Source of the DNA: a virus
Virus record (IMG/VR): IMGVR_UViG_3300045988_184134
Direction: 5' to 3' (one strand)
DNA length: 64,000 bases
The notes below the pieces were generated by a model that saw only the letters and a program-made list of their open reading frames with translations, ran no database searches and was not told the DNA's origin. Below are positions 26,360 to 35,474 of the stretch, piece by piece; position 1 is the first letter of the stretch; every line of letters starts with the position of its first letter. The translations under genes were made by a program, and so were the position numbers.

Positions 26360-26785
26360 TTATGCAAATATAGATAGAATTCGATATACGATGCCGACTG
26401 CAACAAGCATAAGCACCGGAATCCAGCTACCGAATGTCATGGGCTGGTCTTCCCTGCAGCAAAATGCTCTTTTTGGGTTCCCGCTCGGAAAATAGAACAT
26501 CCTTGGCTCCGGGTAGTCATTCTGTTGGCGGCGCTTTGTATATATCCTGCCTTCAAACTCAAATTGATATGTGACGGAATAGTTGTGGCTCTTATAGGCA
26601 GGTTCATTGGAGTTATACGGCTTGTCTTGGATTTTGACAGGCGTTGCCATAGCGCAGTAGCCTTTGTCTTTTGCCGAATGTATTTTCTCTTCATAGGTTT
26701 TAAACCAACGAGGGTGGGTAGCAACCGGAATACCAATACAGATGATGACGATAAATGTTGAGATTGCGAATAAAGCGATATTCAT
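26360..26785 (-). CDS. two-TM membrane protein (DUF3592-like topology)
   Basis: N- and C-terminal hydrophobic helices flank a beta-rich middle. Confidence 0.45.
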   Translation of the reverse strand: MNIALFAISTFIVIICIGIPVATHPRWFKTYEEKIHSAKDKGYCAMATPVKIQDKPYNSNEPAYKSHNYSVTYQFEFEGRIYTKRRQQNDYPEPRMFYFPSGNPKRAFCCREDQPMTFGSWIPVLMLVAVGIVYRILSIFA

Positions 26786-28056
26786 TGCCAGTCTCTCCCA
26801 TAAACTCTGATATCAGGAGGATATTCGGTAAGCGTTTTGTATTCTTCTTCGCTCGCATCTACCCGTCCCCAAATGAATTTACCGTCAGCCAAAATATAGA
26901 CTTGAGCAATAGTAAGGTCAGAAATGAGCTCCGCCTGTTTCTTGGTAAGATGGCATACTTTTGCCACCTCTGGAACTAGATGGCTCCAAATGTGGTGATA
27001 TACCTGAACATCGGCATCAAGCATAATTTCGTGAAGAAACGCAAGGTCTTCGTCATAGTTAAAGACGCTGGTTGCGGAAATTACTGTGCAGTTGTTCAGC
27101 ATTGCGTTCTGGCAAATATATTTACTCCAGCCCAGCGTGGTGTCTTGCTCCAGCATATAAGGACCATACTTCATAACGTCTTGACTTTCGCCAAAAAACA
27201 CATCGCACAACAAGATGGCTTTTTTGTCTGCATCGTTTTGCATCCGTTCACTCAGGATTTCAAAACAGTAAGCCATCATAAATTCTTTGGCGCTGTTATC
27301 TTTGTTGATTTTGCCTTTATACTCCATAAAGTCCAAAACAAGGAATGGACTGTCCCAATCAATATCTGTCTTGTAGTTGAACCAGCCATAGGGACCGTCA
27401 ACGAAAAGCGAAAGCCGGTCAGCAAATTCTTCAAGCTCTTTCACTTTTGAAAGTTTAATGGTCATGTACAGGTCTTTGATGGTAGGAAACTCTTTGTACT
27501 GGTTTGTCCCTTCTACAAACAGGCTCGCGTTGTCAAGCGTAATGCCTTTCTTTTTGTAAACCTCATGCAGCATCATGTCCAAAAGAGCAGTTTGCTTTGG
27601 TATAATGCCGGGCATCAGAGTCTTAAACACAGCCAGCAATTCACGAATTTTTCTCTCCAGCACAGAACCTTTACATCTATCCTCGTTTGGTTTACGTATA
27701 TCGAACAAATTGATGTGAGCGTTTTCGCCAAGGAAAACGGTTTTACCGCCCAACAGGTCGCACATATATCCATATTTCTGTCGGCTCAACCCGCTCACAA
27801 GAACTGTTGCCTGCGCCCCTTCTTTGCAAAGCCGATAGAGAATAAGCTTGCTGGTGAAATTCTTGCCTGTACCGTGGCTCCCCACGATAGAAATGACCGA
27901 GCTCCTGTGCTTAGAAGAATCTGTCATATTGAAGGACAGTTCTCCTATTTCCGGCTCAAACCACCAGCGATTGGCAATGCAAATGCCACCATCTTCGTGA
28001 ATAACGTCTGGTTCAGGCGCTTTGACCGGCTCCTTTTTCTTAAAAAATGGAAACAT
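26782..28056 (-). CDS. P-loop NTPase (HerA/FtsK/VirB4-like ATPase domain)
   Basis: Walker A SIVGSHGTGKNFTSK; Walker-B-like ILLCDVFFGES. Confidence 0.5.
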   Translation of the reverse strand: MFPFFKKKEPVKAPEPDVIHEDGGICIANRWWFEPEIGELSFNMTDSSKHRSSVISIVGSHGTGKNFTSKLILYRLCKEGAQATVLVSGLSRQKYGYMCDLLGGKTVFLGENAHINLFDIRKPNEDRCKGSVLERKIRELLAVFKTLMPGIIPKQTALLDMMLHEVYKKKGITLDNASLFVEGTNQYKEFPTIKDLYMTIKLSKVKELEEFADRLSLFVDGPYGWFNYKTDIDWDSPFLVLDFMEYKGKINKDNSAKEFMMAYCFEILSERMQNDADKKAILLCDVFFGESQDVMKYGPYMLEQDTTLGWSKYICQNAMLNNCTVISATSVFNYDEDLAFLHEIMLDADVQVYHHIWSHLVPEVAKVCHLTKKQAELISDLTIAQVYILADGKFIWGRVDASEEEYKTLTEYPPDIRVYGRDWQ

Positions 28057-28094
28057 GTTCTTTTCCCTCCCAATGTGTATCGCTTTCTATTATC

Positions 28095-28130
28095 TGCAAT
28101 TCGCACAATTCATCAAATTTTCGCAGATAC
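28095..28130 (-). promoter_or_regulatory. promoter TTGATG-N17-ATAATA (spacer TGTGCGAATTG) for 26782..28056
   Basis: Sequence match; conventional terminator, then promoter order here. Confidence 0.45.
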
Positions 28131-28131
28131 G

Positions 28132-28165
28132 AAAAAAGCAGCCACCTCCCGAAGGAAGCGGCTGC
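28132..28165 (-). terminator. intrinsic terminator of 28182..29066
   Basis: GCAGCCGCTTCCTTCGGGAGGTGGCTGC plus U6 on the minus strand. Confidence 0.6.
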
Positions 28166-28181
28166 ATATCACTAATCCGAA

Positions 28182-29066
28182 TTAGAACTTGAAGAATCGA
28201 GGCACAATACCATCTTTGTCCATGTCCAGAATCATGGCAGCGAAAGTATCCATCTGAATCGGCACAAACTCAGCCGTATAGCTGAGCGAGCCGCCGGACT
28301 CCTCCGCAATGTCGAGCATCGTCTTGAGGAATGCTGTAAAATCCTGAATCTCGTTAGGCTTGAGGGTGACGCTCGTGCAGATGGAAAGGCAACTCTCATC
28401 CACGTCTGCCACATCGCCTTCCTTGCGGCCAAAGACGCTCCAGACAGACTGAACTGCAGCCAGCATCTTATCGACCTGCTGAACGGTGAAGGTATCTCCC
28501 GCTTCCAGCTCCATCTCGAAGGTGTAGCAGAACCAGAAAGGAATATCCTTTACCGCTTCTTCCGACACATAATCGGGACTGTCGCACAGCGTCTTGCCAT
28601 CAAATGTCAGCATCGACACATGGCTGTCCACGTCGTAGTATTCAAGGCCCTGATACCGAACAGATTCAGCCCCGCAATCCTGCAAAATATCGCTCCAGAA
28701 TGCAGAGCCGTAGAAGATGCTGTGGCTGAAGTAGTGAATCATGCCGTAAGACAGAAACGCTTCAACGTCCACATCTTCGAGGATACGCGAAACGGCATCC
28801 TCCACTTCCGGCGTGCTCTGCCAGCTGGTATCGAGACCATCAAGCCCCTTCCCGCCGGTCTTGTTGTGAATGTCCAGAGCAGTTTTCCCGTCAAGTTTGA
28901 TGACCATTGCGCTAAGACTCATGGACTCGATGCTGGCGGTATCGAGGAACTGGCGCAAATACCGCGCCAAATCTTTACGTACCTGCTCGGCACCCTTCTC
29001 ACCTTTCCCGATAATGATGCGCTCAATAGCGACCAATTCAGTGCTCATAGTATCTCCTTTACTCAA
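28182..29066 (-). CDS. hypothetical protein (294 aa)
   Basis: Intact ORF with an intrinsic terminator at 28132..28165 downstream. Confidence 0.5.
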   Translation of the reverse strand: MSKGDTMSTELVAIERIIIGKGEKGAEQVRKDLARYLRQFLDTASIESMSLSAMVIKLDGKTALDIHNKTGGKGLDGLDTSWQSTPEVEDAVSRILEDVDVEAFLSYGMIHYFSHSIFYGSAFWSDILQDCGAESVRYQGLEYYDVDSHVSMLTFDGKTLCDSPDYVSEEAVKDIPFWFCYTFEMELEAGDTFTVQQVDKMLAAVQSVWSVFGRKEGDVADVDESCLSICTSVTLKPNEIQDFTAFLKTMLDIAEESGGSLSYTAEFVPIQMDTFAAMILDMDKDGIVPRFFKF

Positions 29067-29233
29067 TATGGACAGGCAGCTTGATTTCTGTCTCGCTCTG
29101 TTTCAGAGGCGGCAAATCCTGTACGTACTCAGCAATCTTCTCAGCCAGTTCGGCAGCGCTCAGCATTTTGATTTCCGGCGGAACAATGCAGCGGTCATCA
29201 ACGACATAGTTCTTAGTGCCCATAGGCATTCAC

Positions 29234-29734
29234 TCACAGTGCAGCCAGATAGTGAATCGCCATCTTTGCAAACCCGATAGCAGATACAAGGCACCATCCT
29301 GCTTTTCCAGCCCAGATAACCTTTGTATAGATGGGTAATACCTTTCGGACCGGCTCCAATTTCCCGAATGCAAGAGGAATTGCAGATACCATCAGCAGCG
29401 AAATATCAAACGCTAAACAAACAAATACAGTTAAACAGTAGTTCAGCATGAGTTGAGCTTCGACCTTATTGACTTCAATTAAGCGCAAAGCCAACAAAGC
29501 AAATGCCGTTGAAATCACACAGCTAATGACAAGGATTCGTACCGTATGGTTCAGAGTATCCTCGGGTGATAGGTATTTTCTTTTGCCGCAGCAATAGGTT
29601 ACTTCTTGGAAGGCTTTACGCCCAAAATACAAGTTATAAACACCACTTGCGGCAAAAAGGATAGCAGTCACAAAGAACAGCGCCGCTCTGCAAATATCAA
29701 CGATACCCATAGGAATCAGAAGGAGAACTTGCAC
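29234..29734 (-). CDS. multi-pass membrane protein (166 aa)
   Basis: Four or five hydrophobic segments. Confidence 0.45.
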   Translation of the reverse strand: MQVLLLIPMGIVDICRAALFFVTAILFAASGVYNLYFGRKAFQEVTYCCGKRKYLSPEDTLNHTVRILVISCVISTAFALLALRLIEVNKVEAQLMLNYCLTVFVCLAFDISLLMVSAIPLAFGKLEPVRKVLPIYTKVIWAGKAGWCLVSAIGFAKMAIHYLAAL

Positions 29735-30603
29735 TCACGGCGCTCGCGGCCATTGCCGCACCAATAGTGCCGCCAGGTGGGAGCCTTACCGTTCGCTTCC
29801 TTCTTGTAACGCTCCATCAGATAATGGCCCACCACAAAGGTCTTGATATTGACTTTCTTGGTCTGGCCCTTGAACGTAAAGACAGGACGTTCGTCCTTTT
29901 TCGGGCTGTCCAGACGAATCTCCACGCCTTTGCTGGCAAGGTAGTAGGCACACAGCATTGCGAGACGGACATAGGGCGTGCCTTCGCCGTAAACAGACGG
30001 GATAGCGTCCAGCGTTTCAGGAATAGTGATGTCATCTTTATCGCGGGTCGAAGATGCCTTTTCGATGTACTGTTTCGTGCTGCGAGTCGCCTCCGTCAAG
30101 CTCTGACCCTCCTTAATCCAAGCGGGAAGGGACAGGAACGCGAAGTTCTCCTTCTCGTTCTGGACGGGGCCGACAAGGACGATGCCAACGAAGGTGTCAT
30201 CCGTCTTTGTATCGAACTCGATATGCACGAACATGCCGCAGTAGTCCACGCTGTTGTACAGAGGCACATAGAAGTTCTTGAACGGCAGGCGCTCCAGCAC
30301 CTCGCGATGGAGAGTGAGGTCATCGGTATCCATCAGCAGTTCCAGAAAATCCTTGCCGAAATCGTAGATGACCTTGGTCTTGTTCCAGTTGGCGATGGTG
30401 TAGCACGGGAAAATCTGGGCAGCCAGCACCTTTTCAAATCCAGGCTGCTGCATCTGCTGGGCAACACGCAGGCACTGAAGCGTAGCGCTCTTGGTGAATT
30501 CGTCCAGCGTCTTGCCGCAGGGGTCCTCAAAATCGAAGCCGGTACGGGTCGAGCGAGTAACGGCATTGGCGGTGAGTGCGATACGAACCTGTTCAGAAGT
30601 CAT
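29716..30603 (-). CDS. hypothetical protein (295 aa)
   Basis: GGAGGA RBS. Confidence 0.5.
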   Translation of the reverse strand: MTSEQVRIALTANAVTRSTRTGFDFEDPCGKTLDEFTKSATLQCLRVAQQMQQPGFEKVLAAQIFPCYTIANWNKTKVIYDFGKDFLELLMDTDDLTLHREVLERLPFKNFYVPLYNSVDYCGMFVHIEFDTKTDDTFVGIVLVGPVQNEKENFAFLSLPAWIKEGQSLTEATRSTKQYIEKASSTRDKDDITIPETLDAIPSVYGEGTPYVRLAMLCAYYLASKGVEIRLDSPKKDERPVFTFKGQTKKVNIKTFVVGHYLMERYKKEANGKAPTWRHYWCGNGRERRECKFSF

Positions 30604-30663
30604 AAATATCCTCCAAAATATGTTATTTGTTTTCGGTTTCCCGATGGTTTGTTAGAAAGCAAA

Positions 30664-30746
30664 GTTGTCTGCCAGCCGTAGCTGTTGCCCGCTGCCCGCC
30701 TCGTGGAGGCCTCTTTGCGTAAAGGCAGCTGCGGGGAGAACCCCGC
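30664..30746. other. conserved intergenic structured element, copy A
   Basis: GTTGCCCGCYGC…GCC(Y)CGTGGAGGC…GGCAGC plus terminal hairpin GCGGGGAGAACCCCGC; abuts the stop codon of 30747..31343; no U-run. Confidence 0.4.
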
Positions 30747-31343
30747 TCAAGATTTGATGTTTAGGCGTCTATTGATTTCTTTCACGCCGAGTTTCCGAGA
30801 TGTAAATACAGGCTTTACCTCTTGCCCGTGCTGTTTCACAAACCGTTCGAGCACTGTCCATGACGGCTCGCTTCCATCCTCAAAGGAATACGGGTCAAGG
30901 TTCAGAAAGAGCCAGGTCTTGGTGTGTTCCCTGCCGGCCAGATAGTGAATGAGTGATGCCGTAATGGCAAGAACCCCCTTATGCCATGTGTAGGTCATAG
31001 TTCGGCTCACATCATGGACAATAAGTTGGGGCTGCTTTCCCATCGCCATATCGACTTCGATGGTATGCGCCACAACGGGCTTATCGTCCGTAATCTTATA
31101 TTGATGCAGAATCATCGGAATGCGGCCCGGAACGATACGGTCATGGTCCAGTACAAAGTCCGCGTACTCCCCTGTCACATCAAAGACAATGATTCGGTCT
31201 GATATGGTACGCAGCGTCTTGGCAATCTGACGCTTACACCAGAACGTCTTCCCTACCCCTTCATTGGCAGATACGAGAGTATAGTAGCTGGTTTCAATGA
31301 TATTAGGTTCTATCCTTTTCATTCCTTGATGTACTCCTCGCAA
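30747..31343 (-). CDS. small P-loop NTPase (198 aa)
   Basis: Walker A SANEGVGKT; hhhhD Walker B IIVFDVTGE. Confidence 0.45.
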   Translation of the reverse strand: MRGVHQGMKRIEPNIIETSYYTLVSANEGVGKTFWCKRQIAKTLRTISDRIIVFDVTGEYADFVLDHDRIVPGRIPMILHQYKITDDKPVVAHTIEVDMAMGKQPQLIVHDVSRTMTYTWHKGVLAITASLIHYLAGREHTKTWLFLNLDPYSFEDGSEPSWTVLERFVKQHGQEVKPVFTSRKLGVKEINRRLNIKS

Positions 31344-31849
31344 AACTCCAGTTTGCGTTCTGCATAACTCTCATCACCCGTAACATTGACCAGAAATTCT
31401 TGCAATTCCGCTTCGAGCTTCTTCTCGGTCAGAGTGGCGAGCTTTTCGTTATACTCTTTCGGCGGCCAATCAATGGCGCAGAAAACCATCGTGTTGCCAT
31501 CGTAATCAAACGTACTGAAAAAGCTCCCGGAGGGATAGCCGTAACACTTTTCAAAAACGAGACACAGGGCGTTTGCATAGATGATATGGGCTTCTTCCTT
31601 CAAGCAGTCACTTCCGTAGTCCTTAGCCCGGTGCAGATTATACCAATCACCGGCTGCCGCAACGAATTTCATGCCCAGCGGCCAGGATTCATACCCTTCG
31701 AGGTCTTCGTTTTTGAAAGACGGCACTAAGGCAAGAACTTCTTCTTTAGTCGGAACATATCTCGCCAGAAAGTCCTCGTTGTAATGGACTTCCTCACCGT
31801 CTCCAAGGTTAATACCTTTCCCGGTGTTGTTTACGTGATACCACCCCAT
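31319..31849 (-). CDS. hypothetical protein (176 aa)
   Basis: Intact ORF. Confidence 0.45.
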   Translation of the reverse strand: MGWYHVNNTGKGINLGDGEEVHYNEDFLARYVPTKEEVLALVPSFKNEDLEGYESWPLGMKFVAAAGDWYNLHRAKDYGSDCLKEEAHIIYANALCLVFEKCYGYPSGSFFSTFDYDGNTMVFCAIDWPPKEYNEKLATLTEKKLEAELQEFLVNVTGDESYAERKLEFCEEYIKE

Positions 31850-32423
31850 TAGTTGTTTGCCCCTCCATTTGCATTTTGATTAGCAGAACTGCGCTTGTTG
31901 CAGACAGCAGTGAAAGAAATCCGCACAGAAACGATGCCCAAAAATTCTCGGCGTCGGAGCTGCTGTCTACGCTGATATAGTACGGATATGCGTTCATGTC
32001 TCCAATTGCTTCCTGATATTCCTCCAGGTGTTCTGCCGGTACAGCCAGGATATTGCCTTTAATAGGAGCATGGCTATAGATATAGGAGCCTTTTTCGCTA
32101 TCATCAAACTCGGCCGCGATGATATAATCATCACCACTTTTGGTGTATACCTTTATCGGGTAGAAGGCTGTTACGTAGTCGCCGGACGGCTCATCACTTG
32201 CGGCCTGATGCCGTTCCCACATGATGATGTTGGATACAATGTTATAGTCTTCCGAATCCAGCGCAATGGATTTTTTCTCATACTGCTCCAATTGAGAAGG
32301 CTCAACCGTAGCCAGGTTCGTTCTGATAACCTGCTGCATGTAGGAAATCGGTACGAATGCAAACAGTACCGCCATCACCAACATAAGAAGTATCTGCATA
32401 ATGGCTTTCGTTTTCTTTTTCAT
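31809..32423 (-). CDS. membrane/secreted protein
   Basis: MKKKTKAIMQILLMLVMAVLFAF signal anchor; C-terminal second hydrophobic helix. Confidence 0.4.
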   Translation of the reverse strand: MKKKTKAIMQILLMLVMAVLFAFVPISYMQQVIRTNLATVEPSQLEQYEKKSIALDSEDYNIVSNIIMWERHQAASDEPSGDYVTAFYPIKVYTKSGDDYIIAAEFDDSEKGSYIYSHAPIKGNILAVPAEHLEEYQEAIGDMNAYPYYISVDSSSDAENFWASFLCGFLSLLSATSAVLLIKMQMEGQTTNGVVSRKQHRERY

Positions 32424-32509
32424 AGTTATCTCCCGTGTGCTGCATACCAAGCATAGAAGCCATCGTATTGCTCCCGCCCTGGTCTGCCTTCGCTCAAACT
32501 CGCGGGTAT

Positions 32510-32773
32510 CTACAAATGACTATACCGTCCGGCGTGCAAGCCTCTACCACAGGCTTCTTTTTCGGCTTCTTTGAGTTTCTCAGGAAATTCCCGTTCTTCC
32601 TTCTCGTTTTCTCGGAAGGCTTCCGCAAACGCTTTGTACAAGTCGTAAGTATCTTTTTCAGGATTAAAAGGCACGGTCCTATAATACTCCGTTATGAACC
32701 ATTTTTTACCATCGATGCTTGTCAGATAAAATCTTGTATTTGGGATTGGGATACTTCCTATCATGTTACTCAC
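32510..32773 (-). CDS. hypothetical protein (about 88 aa)
   Basis: Trimmed to the internal Met so it does not overlap the upstream gene. Confidence 0.3.
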   Translation of the reverse strand: MSNMIGSIPIPNTRFYLTSIDGKKWFITEYYRTVPFNPEKDTYDLYKAFAEAFRENEKEEREFPEKLKEAEKEACGRGLHAGRYSHL

Positions 32774-33162
32774 CATCCTCCACGAGATAAGCGAACCCAC
32801 TCTGTCCTTGTCCCGCTGTAATACGGAGTATGAGTATACGCTTCGTAGGCCCATTTGCGCTCTTGCTCTTCCCTCAATGCTTGCTCCTCCTTCAGTTCCT
32901 TGACTGTGGCGATGAGCTTGTTTTCTTTGCCTTCCGCTTCACCTTTGGCAAAAGCGGCTTTTTGGGCTTCGTCAATACGCTGGTATCTGTTCTTTCGTTC
33001 TTTCTCGATATAGAGTAGTCCATTGGCTACTGCATCGAGAAATGCTTGTGTCTCAAAGGCAGAAATAGGTTCTTTTCCATCCTTATCTTTGGATACACAG
33101 AAAAAGCCGTTTTCGTCATAGCAGATGAAATAGGGAGAGTTTGGGACCTGTTGTGTTTTCAT
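32770..33162 (-). CDS. hypothetical protein (130 aa)
   Basis: Glu/Lys-rich; GGAGAAAGCC-ATG RBS. Confidence 0.45.
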   Translation of the reverse strand: MKTQQVPNSPYFICYDENGFFCVSKDKDGKEPISAFETQAFLDAVANGLLYIEKERKNRYQRIDEAQKAAFAKGEAEGKENKLIATVKELKEEQALREEQERKWAYEAYTHTPYYSGTRTEWVRLSRGGW

Positions 33163-33196
33163 GGCTTTCTCCCCTTCTTTTTCGTTCTGAAGACTA

Positions 33197-33293
33197 TTTG
33201 CCAGGAGCCTTTCCCGTTGCCCGCCGCTTGCCCCGTGGAGGCTGTCTTCGTTGAGCGGCAGCAGCCCTCAATGGGCTGCGTGATGAACCTCAA
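33197..33293. other. conserved intergenic structured element, copy B
   Basis: Same conserved blocks with covarying stems (CCGC/GCGG instead of GCTGCC/GGCAGC; terminal hairpin CAGCCCTCAATGGGCTG); abuts the stop of 33294..34688. Confidence 0.4.
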
Positions 33294-34978
33294 TTATTTG
33301 TTGGGGCCCGTCTTCTTTTTATACGGATTGGTTTTGTTGGTGGTAGCATGCTTCTCAGCTGCCTTGGCGTGAGCATCCATGATGGCCTTTTCCTCGTCCG
33401 TAAAATCGGGACGGAAAGAAGTTTTATCTTCGCCGGTGATAGGGTCTTTCTCATGGAACATCCAACCATCTTCGACACGCTCGGAGGTGATGTGAGATTT
33501 TGGCTCGTCCAACTCCACACCATCGATATGGATGTTGCGGTCCGTCTTAGCCTGGATGCTATTGGCACGAACAATCTCACCCATGTCGATACCGGTTGCC
33601 TCCTTCACCGTCTGCATGGTCTGGGCCATGAGCACCGGGACGTTACCAGACACACCGGATACGCCGGAAGCATCACCACCGATGATAGACACCTTGTCGA
33701 TGCTGGACAGGGGCTGGGCCACGCTCTTGGCGATGTCAGGCAGAACCTTGATAAGCATTTCGGCAACAGCTGCGTCGTTGTACTGTTTGTAGGCTTCGGC
33801 TTTCTGCTTCATAGCCTCTGCCTCAGCCAGACCTTTCTGGCGAATGGCTTCAGCCTCAGCCTTACCGACCATCTCGATGCCTTCTGCTTCCTGCTGCTTA
33901 GCGAACTTTTGCGCTTCGGCTGCACGCTCCGCCTCGTATTTTTTGGCTTCTGCTTCTTTCTGACGGCGATAAAGGTCTGCATCAGCCTGTTTACGGACTT
34001 CTGCGTCCAGTTTACGCTGCTGGACTTCGGCTTCCTGCGCAGCAAGGTCAACCATCTTCTTCTGCTTGGCAATCTCTGCGTCAGCCTCAGCTTCTTTGAT
34101 TTCCTTGGCACGGAGGTTCATCTGGATACGACCGGCAGCATCTGCGTCGGCCGCAGCCTTGTCAGCTTCTGCCTTCAGCTTTGCCTTGGCAAGCTGCAAC
34201 TCGTTGTTGCGCTGTGCGATAGCGGTCTGGGCTTCAACTTCCTTGGCGTTCGCTGCCATCTCAGCATCTGCTTTGGCACATGCCACATCGCGAGCAGCCT
34301 GGGCACGGGCAATCTCAGCCTGCTTCTTCACCAGTTCTTCCTGCTCGATACCGATAGCTTCGATGACACCGTGATTGTGGCCCTGTGCATCAATCGCGTC
34401 CCTAATGTCTTGAACATTGAAGGTCACGACCTCAAGGCCCATCTTGGCGAGGTCTGGACGAGCGTTCTCAATGACGCTCAGTGCCATCTGCTTGCGGTTT
34501 GTCAGAATCTGGTCAACGGTCATGTCGGAGACAATCTCACGCAGGTTGCCCTGCAGAACGTCATTGACCTTGTCGTTGATGCCCTGCTCGTTCATGCCAA
34601 GAAAGTTTGAGATAGCTGCCTGCTGGCGGGACATGATATACGCCTTGGCGTCCTTCAGACCAGATGCTTTGACCTCATCGTCCAGCACAGTGGAGTTCTC
34701 ACTGTAGACCTGAATCGTTACGACAGAATCAGCGACACGCCATTCTGAGTCTTAACGCCTGTTTCCGGGGTCTTGACATCAATCTTCAGAAGCCGCATGT
34801 TCAGTTTGTCTGCTCGTTGCAAGACAGGAAGCACAAACGTGCCTTTACCGGATACTACTTTTGGCTTTGACAACCCAAAGCCGGTCACGACGATAGCCTC
34901 CGTCGGAGGGGCCTTCTTGTAGCACAGAAAGCCGAAGATGATAATAAGGACTGCTACAATCCCGATGATAAGCGCCAT
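33294..34978 (-). pseudogene. flotillin/SPFH (YqiK/FloA-like) gene interrupted by a 1-nt frameshift near 34735
   Basis: N-terminal fragment 34718..34978 (TM helix plus …VVSGKGTFVLPVLQRADKLNMRLLKIDVKTPETGVKTQNGVS) and C-terminal ORF 33294..34688 (SPFH core …TFNVQDIRD… plus long Ala/Glu/Lys coiled coil) are in different frames. Reading across them, …NGVS|ADSVVTIQVYSENSTVLDDEVKAS… is continuous apart from one missing base. Confidence 0.65.
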
Positions 34979-35040
34979 ATTCATACTCCTTTCGCTCATC
35001 ACAACCAATGCCTGTCTTTTGTGCAGGCGCGAATACAAAC

Positions 35041-35073
35041 AAAAAAGCTGCGGAAGCAAAAGCAACCACAGCC
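35041..35073 (-). terminator. intrinsic terminator inside the flotillin leader, about 60 nt before its RBS
   Basis: Minus strand GGCTGTGGTTGCTTTTGCTTCCGCAGC plus UUUUUUG. Confidence 0.5.
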
Positions 35074-35220
35074 TTTTATATGAACCACCGGCCCAGGAAA
35101 AAGCCGATGGGGTGAATACAAGCGGAAAGCAAACATGTCAAAGTGAGAGGAAACCACGTCGTACACACCGGCAGGAAGAGGTTAAGACCCGCCGGAACCC
35201 AATTCCGCTTGTACAATTCT

Positions 35221-35260
35221 AATTCTACGCAATTCGCACAAATGCACAAGACATTATTTC
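35221..35260 (-). promoter_or_regulatory. promoter TTGTGC-N16-TAGAAT with TGTGCGAATTG spacer motif; heads the about 230-nt leader of the flotillin gene
   Basis: Sequence match; an upstream intrinsic terminator at 35271..35310 insulates it. Confidence 0.5.
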
Positions 35261-35474
35261 GATAAGCAAAAAGAATCCCCGCTGCTCTTTGCGGGGAAAG
35301 CAGCGGGGTCCGTAAGAAAGGATGTAAGGAACGAGGTGACTGCATGAAAGCAGATAGAACCGTCGGAGAGGGACGGCAAATGTTGTGAGAACTCAGGCAC
35401 TGTACCCTGCCCCGGTTTGCATGGCTGCCATCGACAGCACCGTCGGGTCTTTGTCCTTGCCCTCTATATTGTAT

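Noticed and set aside
26782-28056. Considered calling the Walker-A ATPase a large terminase or a conjugative VirB4/T4CP.
   Set aside because: At 424 aa it is too short for VirB4. It has no terminase nuclease domain, and its Walker A (GSHGTGKN) is atypical for FtsK/VirD4. It was left as a generic P-loop NTPase.
33809-34374. ORFs 33809..34111 (minus) and 34066..34374 (plus) rich in Arg/Ser/Ala inside the flotillin coiled-coil region.
   Set aside because: They are frame artefacts of the repetitive GCN/GAR-rich coiled-coil coding sequence.
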